Shown here: in pieces, positions 53,273 to 64,000 of the stretch
How positions within the stretch are numbered: position 1 is the stretch's first letter
How the letters are laid out: every line of letters begins with the position of its first letter
NCBI RefSeq assembly: GCF_001194135.2
Contig: NC_068989.1
Span: 92,283,257-92,347,256 of the forward strand
Origin: Octopus bimaculoides
Taxonomy: Eukaryota
Direction: 5' to 3'
Length of the DNA stretch: 64,000 bases
Made by a program: the position numbers and the translations under genes
The notes under the pieces: model-generated
Database searches by the model: none
Told to the model about the DNA's origin: nothing
The model's input: only the letters and a program-made list of their open reading frames with translations

Positions 53273-53760
53273 CATGCATGCTTTTGTCTATGTGTATGCT
53301 AGTATTATTGATATTTCGATTTGCTATTACAATTTGTGTTTATTCCACATATATGTTCCTTCTTTATAACAACGTGAACACGGAACGCTGTAACGTACAC
53401 AAAACTTATTAACCTTAATAATAATAGGGAGCTGAGTTTCCTTTTGTGTTCAATGGACTTGCCACTTGTCCACTTGACGATATGAAAGAGACCTGCTTAT
53501 TCAAGCACATGCTCTAAACAGCCCTTTGATGCGAAATGCGCTTTGGTTATTTTCCACACCAAATAAACCGACAAAAATCATTTGAAAACTGGGAGCCATT
53601 TCCTACAAATCAATCCATTGATATGTTAACATGTACATATGCGCGTGTGTGTTTGTATATATCTCTCTTTCCCACTATCTCTCTTTCACACGCATACACA
53701 CACGCACATGTACACACACTGTATGAGTATTTTGCATTCATTTATAGAATGTGTGTGTAT

Positions 53761-53801
<41 letters not shown>

Positions 53802-54256
53802 NNNNNNNNNNNNNNNNNNNNNNNNNNNNNNNNNNNNNNNNNNNNNNNNNNNNNNNNNNNNNNNNNNNNNNNNNNNNNNNNNNNNNNNNNNNNNNNNNNN
53901 NNNNNNNNNNNNNNNNNNNNNNNNNNNNNNNNNNNNNNNNNNNNNNNNNNNNNNNNNNNNNNNNNNNNNNNNNNNNNNNNNNNNNNNNNNNNNNNNNNNN
54001 NNNNNNNNNNNNNNNNNNNNNNNNNNNNNNNNNNNNNNNNNNNNNNNNNNNNNNNNNNNNNNNNNNNNNNNNNNNNNNNNNNNNNNNNNNNNNNNNNNNN
54101 NNNNNNNNNNNNNNNNNNNNNNNNNNNNNNNNNNNNNNNNNNNNNNNNNNNNNNNNNNNNNNNNNNNNNNNNNNNNNNNNNNNNNNNNNNNNNNNNNNNN
54201 NNNNNNNNNNNNNNNNNNNNNNNNNNNNNNNNNNNNNNNNNNNNNNNNNNNNNNNN

Positions 54257-54347
<91 letters not shown>

Positions 54348-54599
54348 GAGATAGATAGATAGAAACTAGAACTGCAACGTAAATGATGGACTCAATACCA
54401 AGATGAAAGTAGAATATAACATTTTTATTGTGATAAAAAATGGTGATTGCTGATCAAATCTGTGTTCTGCGACTTGTTACATTAATCCTAAATGAAATGT
54501 AAGTATATATCGCAAAACACAGTGATAACTAGAATTTATCTTTCCCGCTGGGGTTTAGATTACTGTCCAGTTTTCATGACAATAGAACAGAACTGCTTC

Positions 54600-56250
54600 A
54601 ATGCAGCGTTCTTCCACTAAATGAATATTTCAACATCGACAAAAGCTTTCATGCTACACCCCATGTTTATTGGCGTCATTGCCTCTGAGAATTGCTACTG
54701 TCCTCTATGTTTCATTGGAAGCAACAAAAATCTGAAAAAATAGAAAATTGAGTGAGCTCCTATGATGATATATATGTGATCGTTAGATGTAGTGCTAGCA
54801 GAACAACAAGCATTAAATTATTTCTTAATTCATTGATTGTTTAGACCTAAATTTCTGAATGTACTAATAAAACCTGTCAGCTATCTCTGAGTTGCCAATT
54901 TTTGCATCAGCCTCAAAAGTAACTCCAGTAATTTTATGCAGAAACATTCACCGAATAGCTTTCACCTGAGTGTATCTTCTTCTGCGCAGATATATGATTA
55001 CGGGTGAAACAAAAAAATTAGAAGTGTTTTGCTCTCACACAGAAACTGCGGGAGATACTCAGGGGTTTTGCAAGTTCTTCTAAATTCATTGCAATGCTGA
55101 AAAACCCTTCCGTATCGTCAGCAAGTATCTTAGGGTAACAGGCTTTTAGCCCTTTGCCCGTACGTTTCACCCGAGTAAGATGACGAGGACTGAACTAGTC
55201 TTCCTCAACGGAAGGATTCCACTAGCAATCTCTTATCAACCAAAGCAACTTGGAACTAATTTCAGCTGGAGTACCTATTTCCTTGATGTCTTTCTTCAGT
55301 TGTCTGTGTTCTTGACCTATCTTCCGCAGGAAATAACGCACTGATCTCGATGGAAATTATAAAGAGGTGGGGTGCAAGTGTGTTTCTCTGAAGCACACCC
55401 AAATACCTCTCAAATTCTGATCGTAGGTGTAGAAACACGAATGCTGTTTGTTATTGCACTTCGATGCTACAAAGTTATTAAATTGATTTAGAAACACACA
55501 CAAAATTAGGACAACTTGTATCGCTTCCCTGTTTACACAATCAAGTGTGTTATCAAAGTTCACACAAATTACTATAATATTGCACTTTCTGGTGTAAGAG
55601 ATCAATAGTACTTTCCATTGACATTATTTGTTCAGTTTAGCCTGAAGCCAGACCCAAGCTCAGAATTAATTACGCTGTTCGTGATCTAAGTTTTATGAGT
55701 AGCACTCGATTAAATAGATCTGCTCTCGTGCATATGAGCGATAAACCTCTTTGATTTTCTGGAAGAGTGCAATTTCCTTTTTCTGGAATTGATAATATTA
55801 TAGACTTTCATTCATTCTTCTGGTGGATCATATTTCCAATGGTTATGAAATTCATAATTCAAAATCGGTAAAAGAAACTTGGCACAAGATAGAACTGGAA
55901 GCACATGTGATAGAATTTATCTGGTTCAGCAGCTTTTCCACAAACAGTTTTCATTGTTCCTCTTCAAAACCTTCTTTTATCACTTAGTTCAGCAGAAATT
56001 TAAGATCGCTAATCGATTCGAAGTTACTGGTAGTTACTGGAACATTTCATAAATTGCAATATAAAGATATATCATTGTAATGCGATCCTCGTGGAGTCTG
56101 TCATCCCAGTTGCTGTAGTTATTCTTTCTAGTTTTGCTTGTCAGTACTTTTCTAAATCGCCAGAGTTTTTCCAGCTTCGTTGTTCTGGATTATTTCGCTG
56201 GCATATATCTACAATATTTATTTGCTTCATGGTATTCACGCACTGATCAT
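54600..56250 (-). pseudogene. Decayed RTE-like LINE reverse transcriptase
   Basis: RT motifs in colinear order on the minus strand: ICVNFDNTLDCVNREAI (~55570), LGVLQRNTLAPHLFIIS (~55400), ILADDT (~55125); boundaries approximate. Confidence 0.7.
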
Positions 56251-56831
56251 CAAGTGCCATATGAATGCTTTGAGCTGTCGAGGAGTGATTATTCCTAAGC
56301 ATTCAAGCATATAAGGACACCCAATGTACACTCACACATACAAACTGCATACATATATATATAAAAATCCATAGATAGATAGATAGATAGATAGAGATAG
56401 AGAGAGAGAGAGAAAGAAAGAGAGAGAGAGAAGGAGAGAGATAGAGAGATAGCTGGATGGAGAGAGCGACAGATAAATAGAAAGATAACGAGAGAGAGAG
56501 ACACGCGCGCGCACCCCCACACGCGAAGACAGACAAACAGACAGACTGACAGATAGACAGAAATCGATAGCTGTTTAGAAGCCTAGAATGTTAATCTGAT
56601 TTCAACACAGGATGAATAACACCTGAAAAGAAAGTCGGTGTTATGTGTTTATACTTATGTCGATTACAGAAACGGGTAAAATTTTACTGAAAATAAACAA
56701 CATAACGAAAATATTGAATCTTTACAATAGTTCACTATGTGTCACATCGAGTTACGCAGGGACCATTCACTTTGTCAGCCGGTGTTGAAAAGAGAAATCT
56801 TTAACTAGAATATATGTGAATATATATACAT

Positions 56832-57048
56832 CAAGACGGTGAACTGGTGGAGAGTCGTTAGCACGCTGGGCAAAATGCTGAGCGTTATTTCGTCCGCCCT
56901 TACTTTCTGAGTTCAAATTCCGCCGAGGACCATTTTGCTTCCAACTCCTTCTGCGATCGATGAAATAAGTACCAGTTGCCTACTGGGGTCAAGAAGTCGA
57001 CTTAACCCCCTACGCCGAATTCGCTGTCCTTGTGCCAAGCTTTCAAAC
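56832..57048 (+). mobile_element. SINE family C, full length
   Basis: GACGGTGAACTGGTGGAGAGTCGTTAGCACGCTGGGC...GAGTTCAAATTCCGCCGAGG...AAGTACCAG. Confidence 0.85.
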
Positions 57049-58388
57049 CAATCTATATGTATATATACTTTTCTACTCAAGGCACAAGCACATGCATTTT
57101 TCACACATTCAAATTTTACAACTCCAAACGCCAAAACGACCATATTTTCACAATACCTTATAAATCTACATTTTAACTCTTAATCCCTATCTAATTCCTC
57201 ACTCATACTCGAATATCACAACCATCTAAGCATACTTGTGTGCATATGTGCGTGTATATATATATGTGTGTGTGCGTGTATTTATGCATGTGCATATGTG
57301 TGAATGTATGGATGTAGGCAAGGTATGGATACCTGCGTATACAGGGGTGATAATACATACGGATACACGTATATATGGGTGTGTATGTGTACATATACAC
57401 ATGAGTACGAGTTGCATATGTAGACATTGGTATGTTTAAACATCTGTATAAGTATATATCTGTCCAATATATACATAGGTATACATCTTCACATATATAT
57501 TTTCTATTACTAAGCACTGACCTGTTCAACCACCTATATTCCAAAATTCTTCATTCCATACTACTACTACTACTACTACTACCTCATCATCTATCACTAC
57601 ATAACTGACACCCCTTTACTTGTTATACCTCCTCTTTCTATCACCCCCATTCCTATCTGTTTACACTCTCATACCTTTCTCTCTCTATCACAATCATCTC
57701 CCCATTCCTACTTTCAAATCATCTTAACTGGCCACTAACTGGTAAACTTTCCCTTACTATCTCCTTGTTTTTCTTTTTTCCTTTTTTCTTTCTTTCCTTT
57801 ATTCCTCTCTTTTCTATTTTCTCTTTTCTTTTTATTTATTCCTGTTTTCGATTTGACCTTACAAATACATTCCCTGCTTTTAGGTCACTTTAAATAAAAC
57901 CCTTGATTCAATAACACTGTTTACACTCTCTATACATGGAATGGCTAATTTTAGATACTATTGGATTTTACTCAAGATATTGGAATCTTATATGTATACC
58001 ATTCTGCCTAAATAATGGATCTACAAATGCAATATCCCTGCATATCTCACATCTATCTTCATTCCTCCACTTCACTCTCTATTTCGTATGTTATCTAAAT
58101 TAAGTATTTCTCAACCATTTTCTCAAACCGTCTCCGGTGGAGGGATATAATAAATATCGTGGAAACAGCTGTAAGACCTATTTATAAATGTTCTAAAATC
58201 TTCACAACCTTCGTTTATTATCTCATTCTGAAAAAAAATATATATATACAAATGCTGATATATGACCTACGTTGTGCTCCTTATTCGCATAATCACCGAA
58301 CCTGGAGCTTAACTGTGGTCCATCCATAGCACTTACTCACCATTACCTGAAACCTCTGGGTCTAATTGACATCATTACCTCTCATAAC

Positions 58389-58440
<52 letters not shown>

Positions 58441-58484
58441 GTGTGTGTGTGTGTGTGTGCATATATATAGTTGGAATTTACAAA

Positions 58485-58640
58485 AAAACAAAAAAAAACA
58501 AAAGACGTGTGTAAACAACAAACAGATGTATTATCTTAAAGATCGGGAAATGAGAAAGTCTTTTATGTTTCGAGCCTACGCTCTTCAGGAGAAAGGAATA
58601 AGAGCAAATAGTCAGAGAGAAAATGAAAAACGTTTTTGAT
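58485..58640 (-). mobile_element. Family B copy with a degenerate HHR core
   Basis: Minus strand CCUUU-CUCCUGA-A-GAGC(GUAG)GCUC-GAAAC-AUA-AAAG. Confidence 0.75.
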
Positions 58641-58644
58641 ATAT

Positions 58645-59045
58645 ATGTTTCAGTCATTTGACTACAGCCATGCTGGAGTACCACCTTTAGTCGAGCAAAT
58701 TGACCCCAGGACTTATTCTTTGTAAGCCTAGTACTTATATTGGTCTCTTTTGCCGAACCGCTAAGTTTCATGGACGCAAACACAGCAACATCGATTGTCA
58801 AGCGATGGTGGGTGAGAAACGCCGACACGCAAACATATATATATACATACATATATACATACATACATATATATATATTTACATACATACATATATATAT
58901 ATATATGTAAATACGAGGGGCTTCTTTCAGCTTCTACATACCAAATCCACTCAAAAGGCTTTGGTCAGCCCGAGGTTATAGTAGAAGACACTTGCCCAAG
59001 GTGCCACGCAGTGGGACTGAACCCGGAACCTTGTGGTTGGTAAGA
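58645..59045 (-). mobile_element. Family A SINE, near full length
   Basis: TTTCAGTCATTTGACTACAGCCATGCTGGAG through GGGACTGAACCCGGAACCTTGTGGTTGGTAAG. Confidence 0.9.
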
Positions 59046-59328
59046 CTACCGGTTAGTTTGCTCTCAGTTAAGTATAAAAAATATGTTATTCAACAGTCAA
59101 CGTATAATTCCAATAAAGTTCTTTAAAGATAAGAAATAAGAGTAATATTCTGTTGGATAATTATTCCATTGGATAATTCTTTAACCATATAGATTGCTTT
59201 CTTATAAATATTAACAATATTAATAATAAGGATTACACCGAAGTAACGAAGGCATTACTTTGAATTATATAATTATATACAGCCTCATAAGACCAACACA
59301 TGTTGGTCATACCCAGCGACATCATGTG

Positions 59329-59415
59329 AAGACCCTGAAGAGACTGCACTGTTTTATAGTAGGATAGCAATTGCAACGATTATTAATCGGTGCAACTAAA
59401 ACATGTGTCGGTCTT
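59329..59415 (+). ncRNA. Degenerate type I hammerhead-like motif (third family)
   Basis: AAGACC-CUGAAGA-GACUGCAC...GUGCAACU-AAAAC-AUGU-GUC-GGUCUU: stem I AAGACC/GGUCUU, palindromic ACAUGU, GUC triplet; G12 is mutated to A. Confidence 0.35.
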
Positions 59416-60592
59416 AAAAGTCGGAATATAATTATAGAATTAAATGTAATGCTATTGCTACTTCAGATTAATCCTTTTTTTTTTTTAATATTGTCAATAT
59501 ATATATATATAACCAGCCAAAACTGCAAAGATAATCTCGGACTCGACTGATGAAAGAAAACTCCGAATGACCCGTCCTTGTTTTTTCCTGTCCTTTTTTG
59601 TATCATCTAACTGTCTGGATGTTTTGTTGTTGCATTCTTGACCCACTTTTTGTATTCTTTTATATGTATATATATACAGTATATTTTTAGATGTATGTGT
59701 GTATACATACATGTATATATGTAAGAAATATAATACTACATGTATATATATCTATTTACATATATATGTATATACAAACAGATATTCACTTGCATGCACA
59801 CTCACCGATTCGCTCACTCGCACTCAGACACGCTCACACACGGATACCAAAACGCAGAGAGGGCCATTATAAAGTTCTTTTATAATTGAAATTATGTATA
59901 ACATACTACTATATATGGCAGAAATAATCAACGAAAAGGGTAAGTGAAAGTTTTTATTACATTTTTAGATAGATTTATTCATGAATTTATAAATTTTCAA
60001 TACGTCTCCCCTCATTAGTTGTACAAACTGTGATAACGCCGATAAAATATATATATCTCGATTCTCAATAATCTTTACAGATTAATGATATCCTAAATAG
60101 ACGTAAAGTTATAAATATTTAATATTTAGAATTTAAAATTGCACGTTACTGTATTTTATACCTATAGTTACTTGTATATGTATGAAGGCATGTATATAAG
60201 TGTGCTTGTATGCAGATGTGGATACATATACGTATATGATATACATATACACAAATATATTGTGTATATAAGACGTACATAAGTAATTATTCTTCCATAT
60301 ACATCTATGTTTATATATATACACATATACAAATACACCTATATGCATATATACATACATAATCACACGCACGCACACACGCACACACACATATAAAGAG
60401 AGAAAGATAGAGAGATAGAGTGAATAGATTGTACAAAATAGATAAATATATGTTAATACAGTTATATATAAAGACTTCCTATGTGATATATATACATTGT
60501 GTATATATACATATACATATATCTTGTTGTAAATATAAATGTATTTATTTATTAATATATATATATACAGAGATAGATAGAGAGATAGATAT

Positions 60593-60637
<45 letters not shown>

Positions 60638-61113
60638 TAGAGAGATAGATAGAGAGATAGATAGAGATAGATAGAGAGATAGATAGATAGATACATACAT
60701 ATAACCATCGCCGTGGGGAGTCTGTGTCCGTATGTATGTCAGCGTGCATGAATTTTGATGACATATTTGTATATATATTTAATCGCATCAAATACGTAAA
60801 TTGTATTAAAAGAGTGTGTTCAAAGACTATGATTATGGCTATGATGACGGTGACGATTTTGTTGATGATGATGATGGTGATGATGATGATAATGCTGACG
60901 GTTCAGTTAAAAACGGTCGGTGAAGACCTTAACGTATGACTTATGTAAATACTTAATGATAGAAGTGTCAATGTTATTTCCAATCATGTATTTTCCAGAA
61001 TGACTGTCACAACTCGTATCCATCTAGGCTGGCGGATACGTTATTTCATATAGAGAAATACAGATACGTTACCTTATAAAGCAATATAAGTGTGTATGTG
61101 CATGTATGTTTGT

Positions 61114-61161
<48 letters not shown>

Positions 61162-61270
61162 AAGACAGAAAGAGAGTAACAGAGACGCTGTGTATACGCG
61201 TGATATTATCGCTGTACGCATTGCGTTGTATAAATACTTCTAGCTATCTATGCCACTATATATATAAATA

Positions 61271-61520
61271 AGAGTTCTGATCAAGAAGTATCCGGATTGT
61301 TGCCATAGTAACAAAACTATAGCACGCAGAGTAAAGACGCTCGGCACACGTTGACCTTGAACTCTGCTGTGCATGCGCACTAACATTTAACGTTCCAGCC
61401 CACTTCTGCTGCTTACAGCAGTGCTAAGAATGAAGGCCAATCTGTGCCAATCGGCTTTACTCTGCGTGCTTAAGCTACGTTACTATAGCAACAGTCCGGA
61501 TACTTATTGATCAGACTACG
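61271..61520. mobile_element. Mariner-type MITE (250 bp, ~80-bp TIRs, TA flanks)
   Basis: TCTGATCAAGAAGTATCCGGATTG...GGCACA pairs with TGTGCC...CAGTCCGGATACTTATTGATCAGA; TA at 61269-61270 and 61521-61522. Confidence 0.85.
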
Positions 61521-61524
61521 TATG

Positions 61525-61599
<75 letters not shown>

Positions 61600-61697
61600 T
61601 TTTGATCTAGATTGGATTCGTTGCCATCAAATTTGAATTCTTTTCAATCAAGTTTGATGGCAAAGATTCCAAACTTGATCGAAAACATTTATATATT

Positions 61698-62067
61698 GGC
61701 GCAGGCCTAGCTGTGTGATAGGGAATTTGCTTCCCAACTATGTACTTTTAGGTTCAGTCTCACCTCGTGGTACCTTAGCAAGTGCCTTCCTTTACAGCCT
61801 CGGGCTGGGTAAATTCTTGTGAGTAGATTTGGTAGACGAAAAGTGAGAGAAGCCCGTCGTGTGTGTGTATGTGTGTGTCCCCTATCTATCTTTGTGTCTT
61901 ACCCCCACTTGATAACCGATGTTATCATGTTTATGTTCCCGTAAGTTAGTGGTTCGGCAAAAGAGACCGATAGAATCACTTTTGTCGAATCGCTAAATTA
62001 CGGGCGCGTAAACACACCAACACCGATTGTCAAGCGGTGATGGGGGACAAACACAGACATACACACG

Positions 62068-62102
<35 letters not shown>

Positions 62103-62105
62103 GTG

Positions 62106-62146
<41 letters not shown>

Positions 62147-62293
62147 CGCGTTTCTTTCAGTTTCCGTCTACTAATTCAACTTCCGGTCCCAGGATATAGT
62201 AGAAGACACTTGCCCAAAGCGCCATGCAGTGGGACTGAACCTGGAAGCATGTGATTAGGAAGCAGGCTGGATACCACGCAGTTGCTCCTCCGA
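61698..62293. mobile_element. Two family A SINEs tail-to-tail (plus 61698-61977; minus 61978-62293)
   Basis: GGCGCAGG head...GTTCGGCAAAAG is immediately followed by CTTTTGTCGAA...CCACGCAGTTGCTCC. Confidence 0.85.
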
Positions 62294-63199
62294 CTACATA
62301 TTTAAACACATAAATGGAAAGCAAGGTGGGGAAAAGATAACACTCGAGAACTATCGAACATATTAATAAAGATATATGTGTGTGTTACAATTTTTGTGCG
62401 TATATGCGAGTCTCTGTGCGTGTGCAGATGTTTGAATGTGTGTTCGTATGTAAAGCAAGTTTTTGCGTACGTGTTACAAAGACATATAAATAGAAATTGA
62501 CGGGCATGTGTCACTGAAATAGTGACACAATCGTAGATAGATAGACAAATTGATAGTATATTTCATAGATAACCCGATGACATAAATTCGTTTTGACACT
62601 ACGTAAACCTGTCTCGACGCCATTTTTCTTAGTCTTCTCTATTTTCTATATTGTGATCTATTTTTCAAACACTACTGAAATTGTCCTACAGAATGGAAAA
62701 AATATCTGGAAAGAATATCAAACAAGAACACACAGAGAACTCAAACTTCCATCAAGGCAACACCAACATCTCAACGATTAGCCAGAGATGATTTTGAAAA
62801 TGAGAATATCTGAAATAAACTCGACCGCTCTCGCAAACGAGAATACTAAGCATGGATCCGACCGCTCTCAAAAATTAACTAAAAATAAAAACCGAATCTT
62901 AGGCCGGTACCTGCTCGAACAATGGTAATCATGGATTGTGAAGGTGGCTGTAGAAAATTTAGAAACAGAAATAAATAGTTTATCCTAATCTAATACAAGC
63001 CAAAGTTAACAAATTCACCATTCAAAATAGTTACAGCCTAAAGGAAGAAATTTGAGAAAGACTTGAAAGCTAACGTAAGGTCGTATTCATGTAAAGTAAA
63101 TATAACAAATAATCGAAAATCCTTGTCCTGTATTGGATCGATCCCCAAATTGTTACTGCATCAGATGACAAAATACGTACTTGCATTCCGTTCGCTTAT

Positions 63200-63700
63200 A
63201 CGATCTGACTTCAAATGCCACCGTGGTCGACATTGCCTTCCATCCTTACGAGGTCAACAGTGTATAGTATCAGTAAAATATTGAGGCAAGTGTAATCGAT
63301 TTCTCTCTACCCTCAAAATTATAGCCTTTTGCCAAAATGTTTGTGAACATTTTCTGTTCTGTTTTCCACCGAGGGTGGTTTTTGCCTTTCATCCTTTGGG
63401 ATCGATAATAAGAACCATCTGAGCACTGAAGTCGATATAATTGACTTCCACCTCAACAATGCTGGCCTTCAGCCAAAACTTTCAAGCTATTATTTTTTTC
63501 CAGTCAGTTGGTAGAATTGTAAAAGCGTTGGGGAAAATATTTCCAAGCATTATTTTCCGGCTCTTTACATTCTGAGTTCAAATACGTTGTATTCAACAGG
63601 GTCAATATCTGCGACATTCAAGTACGAGGGCTAATGCTATCGATTTCCCGTCTACCCCCAAATTACTTGTTTTGTATCTAATTTTGAAACAAAATTTGTT
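63200..63700 (+). mobile_element. Cluster of three decayed family C SINE pieces
   Basis: GCCTTCCATCCTTACGAGGTC (63235), GCCTTTCATCCTTTGGGATCGAT (63384) and a head at ~63505 with TGAGTTCAAAT. Confidence 0.7.
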
Positions 63701-64000
63701 CCAACTTTTTTACCAAGAGCGAACATTTCTTTACACCTTTTCGTGTTCTGTAAAATGTAGTAAAGTTACCGATTAAGGTTCGAGTATTAGCGAAATTGTA
63801 AAAAAAATCGTAGAAAACACTTTGTTGAGTTTATTTCTGGCTCTTTGGGGCCTAACTTCTTTTCTGGTGGAGTTAATCCATTTTAACAACATTTTGTCTC
63901 TTATTATTATCAATGTTGATGTGGGAAAGGAGAGGTTTAGCAATTGAAGCCCTCCTATGGTATTCACTTTTATGGAACTCCCAACGAACGGTTTTAGTTG

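Noticed and set aside
62608-62627. AAAATGGCGTC (YY1/start-like) with MASRQ|GTTTAC on the minus strand
   Set aside because: A single short motif with a weak donor and no phase-compatible next exon found

Overview
AT-rich eukaryotic (animal) genomic DNA saturated with microsatellites ((AT)n, (GT)n, (GATA)n, (AAT)n) and broken by 14 N-gaps. The repeat complement suggests an octopod cephalopod; this is an inference and was not checked against a database. Nearly all supplied long ORFs are microsatellite or gap artefacts. No host protein-coding gene can be called with confidence, although a few splice-site-bounded candidate exons exist, the best at 30693-30780 (-). The recognisable coding sequence is transposon debris: a Penelope-like element (RT C-terminus plus GIY-YIG endonuclease), an internally deleted HERO-like RLE retrotransposon, two R4/Dong-like RLE fragments, two CR1/L2-type fragments, an RTE-like RT, a mariner remnant and a probable Gypsy-type LTR with PBS. 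There are also about 30 copies of three tRNA-derived SINE families and several MITEs. The most interesting signal is a set of minimal type I hammerhead ribozyme (HHR) motifs in three unrelated repeat families. (1) A tRNA-headed, Pol III-like short element ends in an HHR, and one copy sits directly behind the Penelope ORF. (2) A 263-bp tandem retrozyme-like repeat has an HHR core that lacks the canonical A6. (3) A single degenerate HHR has an adjacent antisense copy of its cleavage-site arm.
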